Shown in pieces: positions 25,096 through 38,270 of a stretch of DNA of 64,000 bases. Position numbers and translations under genes: made by a program. Under the pieces are notes generated by a model. It was not told the origin of the DNA, did no database searches, and saw only the letters and a list, made by a program, of their open reading frames with translations. The stretch comes from Vicugna vicugna (taxonomy: Eukaryota), in assembly GCA_013265495.1 (NCBI GenBank), contig MU061578.1, positions 195,308-259,307 of the forward strand, written 5' to 3'. Each line of letters opens with the position of its first letter. The first letter of the stretch is position 1.

Positions 25096-25408
25096 TGCTT
25101 AATATTTCTTTTGTCAAGAGTGTTGGGTTCGGGAAAGAAGCAGTGGCTCAATTATTCTCTTTTAATAGAGAACAGTGGCTCAGCAGTGAAAAAAGGACAT
25201 TTTCTTTTACAACCCCTAGTATGCCTGAGGCCAGGTCAGAATGTCCAGTGAGGGCCTACTAAAGATTCAGCAATGCCAAGACAGAAATTAATAATGATAA
25301 CAATAATAACTCCTGCATATCTGGCTTTTGATTTATGGTTTAAACTCTGATTGCTTTTTAAAAATCTTAGCTCTTAGATGACCAGCTCCTAGATGTGGCA
25401 GAAATGAC

Positions 25409-25460
25409 AGTGATGATGGTGATGGGGATGATGATGAGGATGATGATGGTGATGCTGATG
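25409..25460 (+). repeat. Imperfect (ATG)n microsatellite at a reverse MIR tail
   Basis: 'gtgatgatggtgatggggatgatgatgaggatgatgatggtgatgctgatg'. Confidence 0.85.
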
Positions 25461-25600
25461 TATTTATTTATTGAGTGCTTACTGCATACTGTGTTGATAA
25501 CTCTGTATTCTATCTCACTTAACTTTCTTAACACTATGTTGGGTGCTCTATATATCTCCATTTTACAGATGAGGGGACTGAGGCTTAGTTGCAGTTATCC
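25460..25600 (-). mobile_element. MIR SINE
   Basis: 'atttattgagtgcttact...ccattttacagatgaggggactgaggctta'. Confidence 0.85.
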
Positions 25601-26419
25601 CCACTACCAAGAGCTCAAATCCTGGTTACCTGTACATCTAGGACAGCATCCCCAGGGGAAGGCTAGGGAATAATGTCCCTAGCTATCTCACTCTAACTAT
25701 GACTTGTCTTCTGAGAGTGGCTTAATTTCTGAGTCTCACATCCATTCATACAGATCTTGGCACAAGGAAGAACTACTTCTTCCTGGGAAGGCCATGGTTA
25801 TATACAAAACATTAGCATGGGACACAGGAGGCCCCAGAATTCATCCACACAGTGGGAGAAGGTGGCTCTGTCATAGCATCCAATGAATGTTAGTGCTGAG
25901 TAGGAGAGACTTGCTGGCCATCTGAAACCAGGTAATGTCTTGCTTTCCCACGTTTGGACCTCATGATAGCCATTTGGCCTTAAATACCCAGAGATTATAA
26001 GCTCATTGAATCTTGGGGAAACTTCAAAGTCTAAAAAATTAAATGATCTCGCCCAGGTCATTGCGCAAGTTGGTGAATCTAAGTCATGTCCGTGTATTTT
26101 CAGTCCCTTGTATCACACCACCTCTCCTGGGGAGGGTTCTTGTGTAGGAAACCAGGATGGGTCTTTTGCTTGGATGAGGTCCTAGGTATACAAAGAGTTA
26201 CAAATGCACTGAATGCAGATTCTGCCACTTCTTCACTGTAACATTGGGCAGCTCATTTAACTGCTCTGACCTCAGTTTTATTATCCGTAGAATGGGACAT
26301 CGTATGCTTACTATCCCCTTATATAATGTTTTTAAAATGGGAAAATGTTAGTGAGAGTGCTTTGTAAATCACATCTTTCTGAACAAAGTGTTTCAAATAA
26401 TTTTAATACAAGATGGGTT

Positions 26420-26885
26420 TCTATGCTGGCTAATGGCTATATTCTATTTCCCCTCCCCAACTACCCATTTCTACTCCCCTCCCTACTCTGGGACCTGGGC
26501 CCTCCAGGAATTTTATCAGCTGACTCTCTTGCCCTTTAGCTTCTAATTGTGTTTGCCAGATGGAAGATAATGCCAGGAGAGCTGAGGTCTGGATGGGAGT
26601 GTAAGCCTAGGGTATTCATTTTCCAGATTCTCTTCCTGCCAGGACATGGTGAGTTGGCCTGTCCCCCTACTGAAGGCCACAGCTCTATCAGGCAACCCTT
26701 TCATACCCTCCCTCACTTGCTCCTGTGGGCTTAAGGTTAGTAACATCTCCTTCTGTAACTATCCCCAGGCTACCAGACTGTGCTTTACTGGTTTCCATAA
26801 ATCTTGCTCCTTCTTTTGTTAACTGTCTGTTTGTTAAACCTTACCCAGTTTCAGTAGGCCATGTCTGCTGGGACTCTGACTAATA
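26420..26885 (+). mobile_element. ERVL LTR33-like solo LTR
   Basis: 'cttgccctttagcttctaattgtgtttgcc', 'ctactgaaggccacagctct', 'ctgctgggactctgactaata'. Confidence 0.65.
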
Positions 26886-27172
26886 TTGGCCCTTTTAGAG
26901 ATAACTGAGGCACTTATACTACCTACCCCAATATATAGATGAGACCTCCCCCAATTACAACTGAAACCCGTAGTGGTAAAGAAACCTGCCCAAAGTTACC
27001 CCACAAATCAGTGGAAGATTCCCAAATACTAATCAGAGTCTTCTGATTCTAAGGCCAGGTTTTTGTTGAGACTATCAAACTTCATTCCAATAGAAAGTAA
27101 ACCCCATGAGGCTTGGGATATTTACAAAGAAAAGAAGAGAACTAATTGCAGGGCCCATGGACATATTTTTGA

Positions 27173-27616
27173 TGAAAGAGTGAACGTACAAAGGGACAAC
27201 GGCCAGGCCATACGAAAAAATAGAATTCGCAACCACAGCCTGCAGTAATTATTGCAGGAAGCCAAAATTATTGCAGTAATCAATCCCAAATGGCTAGTAC
27301 CTGATCAATAATTGATGGTTTTCCTCATTTTTGTCCCCACTTCCAATTTAGGGCAAATTGGAGAGAGCCAAATATGTGCTCCTAACCAATCACATAGGAT
27401 GCCCTACTTCTAGTCTGCCTGCCTCCAGATCCCCATGCCAACAGCCTCCATACCCACAACCTCCTCGTTTTTCCGTTGTAGAGCTTTCCTACTCCTCTGC
27501 CTGCCTTGGAGTCTCTGCCAAACATAAATGATGGTGGCTAATCCCTTTGCTATACTAAGCTCTGAATAAATAATCTTTGCTTGTTCTTATTTGGATGGTC
27601 TTCATTTATTTCTACA
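27173..27616 (+). mobile_element. ERV1 solo LTR, MER90-like
   Basis: TG...CA termini, CCAAT 'taaccaatcacataggatgccc', poly(A) signal 'aagctctgaataaata', end 'ggtcttcatttatttctaca'. Confidence 0.75.
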
Positions 27617-28306
27617 CTGGGATTCACCCTATTAAAACCAAACTGATTCTATAGAGTACCACCAAACCGGCTGGTAGACAAGCTTGAAATGTTCAGGAAA
27701 TTGGTCAACACACTGGAGGGTTACCAGCTGCCGTGCTGTGGCTGTCAGCAGCTAAGTTATCCCATCTGGTAAGGGTTCACTGAGCAGAAGTATGCCACTA
27801 CCAAGTGGCAGTCCATCTACTGCACAGTCCAAGGAGGATGTGAAAAGAGAAAGATAACTCAGTTAACGAGAACTCACTAAGTGAGTCACTTTCCTCACGT
27901 AATCTTGTTGAATATGCTCAACACTACGGTATATGACAGGCACCGTTTTTTAATTTTAGATGAGGACACTCAGGCTTAGAGAGTTGATGTGATTTGCTCA
28001 AGGCCAGGTAGCTACCAGAGTGGCTGGGCTGAAGTTCAAACCTGCCTTCAATGCCCATGTCATCTTGTCTTCACTTCTGTCTTGGGTAATTAGGAATAAT
28101 CATGAACACCAGATAATTCTGGTTAAAATTAGAGTTCTCCTCCTTGAGTTAACTAAAGTAAGACCAATTCGTATGTTTTGTTAAGAGCTTTATGTCAATA
28201 CTCATAAAACAATGAATGCAACAATATATAAATATGCTGATACATTCAAAAATTTTTTTAAGTTCATGCTCAGCTTTACAGAATGCATTTTTTTTTGTTC
28301 TTAAAC

Positions 28307-28539
28307 CAGTGGTTCTCAACTGGGGGTGATTCTGCATGTCCCCCTTCTCCTGGGAATGCATATGAATTGTCAATGTCTGTAGGTACTTTTGTTGTCACCA
28401 CTGGGGATAGGTGTAGTATGGCTTCCAGTGGGTGGAGGCCAGGGATGCTGAAAAACATCCCACAGTACACAGGACAGCCCCCAATAACAAAGAGTTATTC
28501 AGCCCCAAAAGTCAATGCTACCAAGGGTGAGAAGTCCTG
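28307..28539. mobile_element. hAT-Charlie MER20 DNA transposon
   Basis: 'cagtggttctcaactggggg...ggaggccagggatgctg..aaacatcc..acaggacagcccc...tgagaagtcctg'; degenerate 8-bp TSD tcttaaac/gtttaaac. Confidence 0.9.
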
Positions 28540-28649
28540 GTTTAAACTCATCTAAAGTAAACTTAATACTGAACATAGCTCCTCAGTCCCAGCACAGGGT
28601 TTTATTGTCATAGAACGGAATCATCTCTCACCATTAAAATACAAAATGG

Positions 28650-28880
28650 TGCTACCATGATGACTTGGGCCTTGGAGTCTAAAATAAAGCTCTTGCTCTG
28701 CATGTATAAGCTGAATATCCTTGGGCAGGTTGCTTAATCACTCTGAGCTTCACCTTTTCTTATCTGTAAAGTGGGGTATTTTAATACTTACATCACTAGG
28801 ACTCTGTGAGGATTAAGTGAAAAGAAACATATAAATGCTTTATCCAAGGCACAATATACAAGAGGTGATTAATAATTTTG
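28650..28880 (+). mobile_element. MIR SINE
   Basis: 'ccttgggcaggttgcttaatcactctgagc...atctgtaaagtgggg...gtgaggattaagtga'. Confidence 0.85.
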
Positions 28881-29825
28881 GTACCTTGTTCCCTTTCCCC
28901 TTTGAGACAAATTCTATAACATCCTCATTTCATTAAAAAAATTAAAAATGCATGGTAGGTGCCCCCATAGTATTTGAATCAGATAACAGTGCAAGCGTTA
29001 GTTCTAACTTGGTTATGGAAAATAGAGTTAAAAACTCACAAGGTGAAGTTACAACACAGCTGAAATCAGGCAGGTTCCAATTTGTCTCATCACATTGTGC
29101 CAAATTCTGAACTAGACTGCAGGGAGATAAGAGGAAGAAATAAGTCACGATTGTGGTCATCAGACACCCGGCTATGAAAGGACAGTGGATGCCGAAGGAG
29201 AGGACACAGGAGGACAAAGTTAAATTGACTCTTGGAATAAGCTAGAATCCAACAAGGGGGAAAAAAATCCATCCGTTCAGAAACCAAACAGAATTATCTC
29301 ACTGTGAAAGTGAGTCTACACAATTTATGAATCTCCCTTTTTATTTTTCCTGGCTAAACTACAAAAACAGACAATGCTGAAAGCATTTTAAATCCCAGTT
29401 GGGCTGAAAATATGATTGAAAGTGGAGGAATCAAATCAACTTAGTGCTGAGGTATTTCCAGTCCAGGCAAGGGGCTCAAACCTCTTTTTGCTGAAAGCCC
29501 ACCAATGCGAAGGCCATTTCTAACATTTTAATAAACATTTAAAGAATTTTTTTGATAATATTTATGTCTGGATTGGAAACACTTCACCATTAAGTTTGTT
29601 TTTTATTTTATTTTTGTATGTTTAAATGATTATACAATTCGGATTAGCATGACCTTCCACTTATTACCTGCTTTTCACTTCAATGTACAACATTCCATTA
29701 TGATGGAAATTCCCTAATTTACTTTCAACTATTCCTTTATTGAGAGGTACTTGGATTATTTCCAATCTGGGGCTTTCTAAACAGCAAGTAGTGAATGTTT
29801 GTGTGCTTATATCTTTCTTATTTTA

Positions 29826-31114
29826 TGATTGTCAAACTCTAGGATGACCCCTAATGTGTCTCATCTCCTGGTAGTCTGGCAGTCATGGCCTTGTGTAATG
29901 TTCTTCCTTGGAGTAAAGTGCTTTTAACCAATATACTGTGGCGACGTGGAGGGGATAGCCACAAGAGATTCTGACTTCTGTCTTGCTGGAAGGCTCTTTC
30001 TATTGCCTTCTCAGTTGGCATGCTTTGCCAAAGCATGGTGCTGTTGAAGAGGTCCACATGGCAAGGAACTGAGGCCCTCAATCCAACAGGCTTTAAGGAG
30101 CTGAATGCTGACAACAACCTCTGAGTTTGGAAGCAGATCCTTCCCCAGTAGAGCCTTCATATGAGCCCTCAGCCCTGGCCAACATGTTAACTGCATCCTT
30201 ATGAGAGACTGTGACGCAGAGCATCCAGTTAAGCCACAACCAGATTCCTGACTTACATCAAGATAATAAATATATTAGAGATAGCCAATAGGCACACGAA
30301 AAGATATTCATTATTGCTAATTATCAGAGAAATGCAAATCAAAACTACAATGAGGTATCACATCAAAATAGCCATCATTAAAAAGTCCATAAACAATAAA
30401 CGCTGGAGAGGGTGTGGTGAAAAGGGAACCCTCCTACACTGTTGGTAGGAATGTAATTTGGTGCAGCCACTATGGAGACTCCTTAAACAACTAAAAATAG
30501 AGTTACCATATGATCCAACAATCCCACTCCTCGGCATATATTCAGAGAAAACTGTAATTTGAAAAGATACATGCACTCCAATGTTCATAGCAGCACTACA
30601 TACAAGCCATAAAAAATAATGCCATTTGCAGCAACATAAGTGGACCTAGAGATTATCATACTAAGTGAAGTAAGTCAGATAAAGACAAATATCATATGAT
30701 ATCACTGATATGTGGAATCTAAAAAAAAATGATGCAACTAAACTTATTTACAAAACAGTAACAGACTCAAAGACATAAAAAACAAACTTATGGTTACCAA
30801 AAGGGAAAGGGGGAGTGGAGGGATAAATTAGGAGTTTGGGATTAGCAGATATAAACTACTATGTATGAAATAGATAAACAACAAGGTCCTACTGTATAGC
30901 ACAGGGAACTATATTCAACAGTTTGTAATAACCTATAAAAGAATATGAAAAAGAACATATATATATGTATAACTAAATCACTATGCTGTTCACCAGAAAC
31001 TAACACAACATTGTAAATCAACTAAACTTCAATTAAAAAAGATAATTAATCTCTATAGTTTGAAGTCCCTAGGTTTAGGACTAGCTTATTACACAGCAAC
31101 AGATAACTAATACA
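29826..31114 (+). mobile_element. MaLR LTR (MLT1E/F-like) interrupted by an L1
   Basis: 'gaggtccacatggcaaggaactgagg', 'ttggaagcagatccttccccag', ends 'cagcaacagataactaataca'. Confidence 0.85.
30277..31040 (+). mobile_element. Younger 5'-truncated L1 3' end
   Basis: 'agagaaatgcaaatcaaaactacaatgagg' to 'aaatcaactaaacttcaattaaaaaa'; degenerate TSD aagataat(a/t)aat. Confidence 0.95.
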
Positions 31115-31269
31115 AGTAACTAACAATTCAGTAGAGAAACTGAAAAATGTAAACAGATATGTCTACTACAAGGGAGGACGTTAGGAGGGCCAACAGAATT
31201 TTAGGGAATGGGCTGTGGGGACAAAAAGGCACCTTTAGCTGAGAGTGCTGAGAAATCTGCAAAGGCACT

Positions 31270-31500
31270 CATTCTTTTATTCAGAAACTACTTATTAAAC
31301 ATTTTCTGTGAGCCAGCACTGTGCTAAGGCTCAGGGGCTAAAATAGTGAGGACGACAAAGTTCTTTTTCTCTTGACGTTTATACCCTCTAGGGACAGAAA
31401 CAGAAACTAAAGAGTATGTAAACAAATAAGCAAGATCACCTGTAGACACAGGCAGAGGAGGGAACGTGACAAAAGGTGATTAGTGGAGCTCAGTGGGTTC
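31270..31500 (-). mobile_element. L2 LINE 3' end
   Basis: 'ttattaaacattttctgtgagccagcactgtgctaagg'. Confidence 0.75.
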
Positions 31501-31659
31501 TTTGCTCCTGACGGGCAAGGAGAAAGTCTCACTGCGGAGGTGGTGAATGCTGAAAACCATCTTTGGGCTGAACCTCAAACAGGTGAGGTTTCCTTAAACC
31601 CAGACGGGCAAGGGCCCTGCCCTCCCACCCCAGTTTTGGCTGTTGTGCTCCCCTGACTC

Positions 31660-32000
31660 CAGGCAGTCGATGACAATGGGAGGTGGGATTAGCCCAACAA
31701 AGGCAGTATATTGGTTCAGGCTTCCGTGGCTCCTAACGGCTGGATGATGGATGCCGTGGTGGAAAGGGGGACCCGCTTTGATGTACGCGGCCTGGTTTGA
31801 TTAATGAGGGGCTCTGCCAGGAGGCTACGCTGGGAGTAAATTACTCTTTTCAGAAATGGCTAGATCGGCACTATTGTACTAATTATTTCACAAGCTTGGG
31901 GTCATTCCAAATTCCCTGACACACACAAGGGAACAAACACCCAGGCTAACTGAAGCCGACAGAGCCCTAATTAAAGCAGAAATTGTTTGTGACTCCCCTC
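31660..32000. promoter_or_regulatory. Candidate developmental enhancer
   Basis: Repeat-free, CpG-retaining, with clustered SOX, TCF/LEF and homeobox motifs. Confidence 0.4.
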
Positions 32001-32229
32001 TCCCCCTACCCTCCACCCCACCAGCCCTCGTTTCCCAGAGGAGAAAGCTGTCAGACACATTTCCTTCCTGCCCCCAGCGAGGCCCAGCACGAACCCCTAG
32101 AATTCCAGGAAACAGCCCACAGTACTCCAGCACATACGCTGAGCACTGGCAAAGAGGGGAGATCTCGATGGTGGGTTCAGTGTCCTGGTTTCTGATTCCT
32201 TTTTCCTAATCATGTACACAGGTATTATA

Positions 32230-32660
32230 ATCATTCATTCATTCCTCTGTTTATTCATTTTTTTCTTCATTCCACACACATTATTGAATGCATTTTATGG
32301 GCCAAGCACTGTGCTGAGAACTAGCAGTGGCCCAGCCTTCAAGAGCTGACTGCCTAGAGGGGGAGACACATTAATCAGATAATCACACAGATAAATATAA
32401 AATTGCAACTGTGAGAAGAACTCTAGTACAAGGGCTGGGGCTTTCAGGATGTGTAAGAGGGGGATTTGACTTGGCTGGGGGCTCAGATCTTTCAGGAGGT
32501 GGTGCCAGAGTTGAAAGGGTTTAATTAAGTGAAGGGTGTGGGGAGATGAGGAGGAGTGTCCAAGAGGTGGAGACAGTGTGTGTAAAGGCCCTGTGGATGG
32601 AGTAAAGGTGATGTTCCGAAGGGATAGAAAGAAAGGCAATGTGGCTGAAGCTCTAGAATG
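32230..32660 (-). mobile_element. L2 LINE 3' end
   Basis: (cattt/catt)n tail, 'ttattgaatgc...ccaagcactgtgct', 'tgtaaaggccctgtgg', 'ggcaatgtggctgaagc'. Confidence 0.85.
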
Positions 32661-33429
32661 AAAGCAGATTGATTTGGATTTAGGCTTTTGCTATGTGGGT
32701 GGCCATGGGGTTCTTAGTGTGTCTGCACCTCAGTTTCCTCACTTGAAAAATGAGGATAAAGTTTGTTGTCTTCCAGAAACATTGCGGTGGCTTCTCTCCC
32801 AAGTTCCCCTTGACCTTGCTTGGCAGTCTTTTTTCCCACCACTCCTGGCCATGGTGCTTCAGTTAAACAGTATTATTTGCTTTCCCCCATGGGTTCCTCA
32901 CAATTTCCAGCCTCTGTGCTGTCCCCAGCACTCCCCACCAATCTCTGAAAGGCTTGCTTCCTCTTAACCCACCTATGGGGCAAAAGTGGGAATAAAATTT
33001 GCTCGTGCATTTAGGCATCTAATCTGCTATCCATAGATGTTTACCAAGTCCTGTCACATGTGTACACCTTGAATGTTCATACTTATTTTAGGAGTTCATT
33101 TGTAAAATGACGGAAGTATCTACCTTAATGCAATCTGTGAACTTCATATAATGTTATATGTTGCTCAGAGTTCCCAATTCGTGTATCTTAGCCTGTGCCT
33201 TACCTGTGCTGTTTTATTTAATTCTCCTGACAACCCTTCCCAGTAGGTATCACTCCTATCATTGAATGATGATCAAACGAATGATATCAAATCAAGTGAA
33301 TTATCAATGTTACATTACTTACCCATTGACACATATCTAGAAGCATGTGAGAGAACTGAGGTTGGATCTTTTCCAACGCCTTCTATTTTTATGCACTGGG
33401 TCGTGTATTACTAATATAATTATTTGTTT

Positions 33430-33640
33430 TAGAAATAATAACCACTGCCACAGATTGAATCATTAGTATAGGATAGGCATTGTGCTTGACACTTTCCATG
33501 CATTAACTTAAACCCACCCAGGAAGGTAGAAACTATGATTATTTCCATTTTATACATGAGAAAACTGAGGCACAGGGGATTCAGTAATTTGCCCAAGATT
33601 ATACAGCTGGTAAATAGGTAAGACTGGATTTATGGCCAGG
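33430..33640 (-). mobile_element. MIR SINE
   Basis: 'ccattttatacatgagaaaactgaggcacagg...aatttgcccaagattatacagctgg'. Confidence 0.9.
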
Positions 33641-34254
33641 CATGAGATGCCAGAACCATCACCTGTGAGGGACAGTCACCTCCTTGTCAGTTTCGATGCT
33701 CAGGTACAAAAGCAACTTTCTTTTGATGAACCTCAAAGCCACCTTCTAAAGGTGGTCAGTGAAGCTGGTGAAGGCAGGCACAGAAAGGGTGTAATAAGGC
33801 CGTGCTTGCTTAGATGCCTTTACTTTGGGAGTTGGGGATTTTTCAGCTCAAGGCTCCCGTGCACTGTCTAAAAAGAATGGACTAAATGGGAAAATCAATA
33901 ATGCACACAGATGGTCCCAGAGATGTTTACACTATTTAAGAGAACAAATTATTCTGAAGCACCTGGGATTCATTCTTTCCCATACAAAAGGAGAAAAGCA
34001 AGGGAATTACAGGTCATCCTTATCTATTCTTTGAAGCCGCTTCTCTAAGAGGCAATTATTCCATGTTTATATTAGTTTGCATTGGTCATTTTCTATCACC
34101 TCCGTAATACCAATTAAGAAAATTTCACTTTACTACAATTTCCAGTACAGATAAAATGTACAAAAGCATAGAATTCATCCAACAGACACTTACTGAGTGA
34201 TTTCTATATGCCAAGAGCTAGGGCTAAGGAGAAACAGCCATAAAGGTAGAAATA

Positions 34255-34460
34255 ATCAAGATAAACACTTAACAGGCACTTACTCTGCACCAAGTTTTTG
34301 CCTAAAAATTCATTTAATCTTTACACAGGCCCAGGAGGTAGGTTCTATTATTATTGCCTTTTTCTAGAAGAGGAAACTGGGGCCCAAGGCCATGCATCTA
34401 GGATATGAAAAAGGCAGGATTTGAACCCAGGCAGTCCGAAGAAGTCAAATAGTCCCTGTT
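34255..34460 (-). mobile_element. MIR SINE
   Basis: 'tcatttaatctttacac...gaggtagg..ctattatt...gaggaaactggggc...ggatttgaacccaggcagtc'. Confidence 0.85.
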
Positions 34461-35207
34461 CTGGAATGGCTTATTTACGCTGTGGAAAAGGCAGACGACA
34501 AACACTCACATGTACCAAAAAAGCAGGCAAAAAAACCAACCAAACAAACAAAATACACGTACCCACATGTACAACAACAACACTGCAAAATTGTAGTGTG
34601 TTATAAATAAACAAAGAGAGATGAACCATAATGAGGGCAGTGGTCCTGAAAGTCCTCTTAGAGAATTTATGTTGTAACCAAGGGAATGAGAAAGAGCAAG
34701 AGATGGGATGTTGGTGAAGGTTTTAGTAATGGTGGGATGGAAGTTTCCAGAAAGAGAGAACTAGGTGGGTAAGGAGTCTGAGTTGAGAATAAGCTTAGAC
34801 TGTCCAGGAAACTGAAAGAAGATCCTACATAGGTAGGGATTAGTGATTTGAATTGAGGAGAATAATAGAGGTGAGGTGGGGAGAGGGTGGCACAGACCAG
34901 ATCATGCAATGAGATAATTTACATAATTTACATGTTACAGTGCTTGGGACTTAATAGGCACTCACTGAATGTTCATTTTTATGATCATTATGGTTATTCC
35001 ATATCTTGTCCCATTGATTGTGATTTCTTTTAAATGATTTAAAGAAAACCAATGAAGATTTTTTTTTCTCTAAACATTTCCCCCTCTATCTACAGAGTTT
35101 ATGCTTGTAGGATTTTGGAAGAATTCTAGCCAGGAAAACCTTGGGCCCATCCTGGGAGTAATGACCCACAAAGTATGCCAGAGATGGTGCTGAGATGTAT
35201 GTCTGAA

Positions 35208-35662
35208 AACAACTTGAATGTCCATTGATGGATGAATGGGTAAGGAAAATGTGGTCTGTACATATAATGGAATACTATCCAGCCTTGAAAAAGAAAGCAA
35301 TTCTGCAAGACGCAACAACATGGATGAGGTCATGATGTTAGGTGAAATAAGGCAGTCACAGAAGGACAAATGTGATTCCACCTACATGAGGGACCTAAAA
35401 CAATCAAATTTATAGAATCAAAGAGTGGAAGGGAGGTTGCCAGGGGCTGGGTGGGGAAGAAATGGGGAGATACTAATCAACAGGCATAAAGTTTCAACTG
35501 AGCAAGAGGATTAAGTTCTAGAGACCTGCTGGACAGCAATGTACTGACAGTAATCCTGTATTGTGCACTTAAAAATTTATTAAGAGGGTAGATCTCATGT
35601 TAAGTGTTCTTTCTGCAATAAAATAAAATAAAATAAAATAAAATAAAATAAAATAAAATATA
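35208..35662 (+). mobile_element. L1MA/L1MB-type 3' end with (AAAAT)n tail
   Basis: 'tgtccattgatggatgaatgg...aagagggtagatctcatgttaagtgttct' then (aaaat)n at ~35618-35660. Confidence 0.9.
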
Positions 35663-36744
35663 ATATGAGTGAATGGGCATTTCAAGTCTGCAGTGTAGAG
35701 ACTAAAGGGCAAGGACCACAGAGCCCAGCCAAGGGCTGCTTCTCTTTCACATGCATGTCCTTACACTGTCTGTTAAGCCTCTCAGCAGAGATGACAGGAA
35801 GCTTGTTCCGAGAAAAACCTAAAGGCTTTATTTTAAGACCTTCTGTCAGGAAAGGCCCTTGGAGCAAATGCAACCACTCGACTGCATTCCTGAAGGTCAG
35901 ACAGCAGCGACATGATCTGCTGGATTTGGGGAAACATTTAAAAAAGAAGAAGAAGAAGGAAAAAAAATCATACCCTTCCTGAGGGATCATTTTTGTTTTT
36001 ACTGAGAGCCCAGGAAAGACGAAAGAAAGTTCTGATAGGAAGGAATTAAAGGAAGATGAAAACCTGCCTTTTCAGCTACTGTTGAAATTGTTCTTAAATC
36101 AAGCAGCAGTTTCAGACAGGGCCATGTAATTGATTATAAATGTTGGAATTTATTTCAATAAGCCCTGTCATTCCTTAGCAGCTGTTTTACTTTACACCAA
36201 ACCAACAAACAGAAGGAGGTGTTGGATGCAGTCTGTCTTCTGTCTTTACCTTTGATGAGTCTGAATTGTTTTTTTGAGAGATGCTTCTGGCTGAGGCTTG
36301 CGAGAGGTGAGGCTCCTGTTTTTCCTCTTTGGCAGAGGAAGTGGCAGAGGGGAGACAAGGGCTGCCTTGGAGCAGCCTGTCTTCTCAGGGGCCCCAAGAT
36401 GTCATGATTGGGGGACACTCAATGTATCTCTTTTTCCAGAGCCAGAAGGAAGGGATAGTTATGTTTCCCCACATTTATCAGCTCAGGGAAACCATCCATG
36501 GGTTCTGAGAGAAAGCTCATCTTTTATCCTCATAAAAGCAGGGAGAGACAGTGGGAAGGATGCTAGATTTAAGGTCTAGACTCCACTTCTCATGTCTTTG
36601 GTGAGGATTTTCTCACTATAAGATGGGGATACTGATGTCTGCATCCAGAACTGCTGGGAAGATTAAATTCATTGTTCCAGAGATGAAAGCCCCTGGCAAA
36701 CAACAGGTGTTCAATACATGTTTAGCTGAATCTCAGTTTAAAAG

Positions 36745-36935
36745 CCACCTTCCCTGTCTTCCATGTGAGGACACAGCAAGAATTCTGCAGTCCAGAAAAA
36801 TACTCTCACACCTAGCCATGCTGGCATCCTGATCTTCAATTTCCTGCCTTCAGAATTGTGAGAAAGAAGTTTCAGGTGTTAAAAAGTCACCTGATCTGTG
36901 GTATTTTGTTATAGCATCCCCAGAAGACTAAGACA
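36745..36935 (+). mobile_element. MaLR MLT1A-like LTR, 3' part
   Basis: 'ccatgtgaggacacagcaaga...cagaattgtgagaaa...tggtattttgttatagca...gactaagaca'. Confidence 0.8.
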
Positions 36936-37849
36936 GCTTCTCAGTTAAGTGTACATTTCCATGACCTCTGCAATTTTATATACTTCCTTCCATCGCAACC
37001 AAGATAGAAAATGTTCTATCACCCTAGAAAGCTCCTTTATGCTCATCTCAGTCAACCCTCATTAATCCTTGAACACTGATGTGCTTACTAGTACAGGTTA
37101 TGCTTCTTTTCTGTAGTTTTATCTGATTTCCCATCAATTTTAAAATCCAAAGACTATTTGGGGCAATGGGTATGTTCTAAAACAAGACTGCAGTAATGGT
37201 TGCAAAAATTATTGAGCACTGTCCTTACAATGGATGAATTTTCTAGTATGTAAGCTATACCTAATAAAACTATTAACATTGTTATAAAAAACAAAAGCCA
37301 TCTTCCATCTGTTCTGTGTCAGGTTGATCTCTCTGTGCACTAAACCTACGTGCCATCAGTCTTGCTCGCTCAGTGCTTAGCATGGGGCCATAAGAGATCT
37401 GAGTTCACATCCTGAATCTGACTTTGGACCAGGTAGATCACTTCTTCTCTTTCTCTAACAGCAAAATTGTGAAATAATCACTATCCATCTCTCAGGATAG
37501 TTGTTAGGTTTAAATGAGTTAATTGATGGGCAGGCATTTTGGAGTCTTTAAAACATGTTACAAATAGTTACGTTAGATGCTATTTTCTGCTGCTACATTT
37601 CGTCCTTTTTATTAAAAGCTGGCTTCCCATCTAGTTTGTAAGATTATTTAAGGCAGACACCACCTCTCTGACCTTCTTTGTGTCCTTGATAAAGTTTACT
37701 GATTTTATCTTTTGGTGAAGATCATGAAGGGAAACTTCTAAAGGGACTGAGGAGTTTTCAGCAGCAGAGGCCTCAGAAGTAAAGCACCTTCTAATGTCCC
37801 CTTCTTCTCCACTGAATTAAAGACTTCTGTATTTCCTTCCACATCTCTC

Positions 37850-38270
37850 CTTATTCCCCCCTCTCCCTGCTCCAGCCACAGTTTTGGTGTTTTGAACATG
37901 CCTTGTTAACTTCCTGCCTCAGGAACTTTGAACATGCTATTCTCTCTTTTGGGATACTTTTCTTAAAGTTTTTGCATGGATGGTCCTTCTGGTCATTAAG
38001 TCTCATGATAAACATCCTTCCTAGTCTCATGTCACTCCCCTCACCCCAATGTGATGCTCTCAGATGGTGTACCATCCTATTTTATTTTCTTATCACTATG
38101 TGAAATGATCTCTCATTCCATTATTGTGTACGTGTTTTTCCCCCCTCTCTTTTCCACCAGAATGTAAGCTCAATGAGATTAGGGACTTTGGTTTTCTCAT
38201 CACCACATCCTTTATGTTTAGAACAGTTTCTGATACACAGTAGGTACAAGCAAATGATTGCTTAATTAAT
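37850..38270 (+). mobile_element. L2 LINE 3' end
   Basis: 'ctccctgctccagccaca...tcctgcctcaggaactttgaacatgct...agaatgtaagctc...cacagtaggta'. Confidence 0.85.

Noticed and set aside
25395..25673. Met-rich ORF
   Set aside because: Translation of an (ATG)n repeat plus MIR.
30358..30588. [14 protein letters not shown]...
   Set aside because: Antisense reading of the L1 ORF2 3' region, a common artefact.
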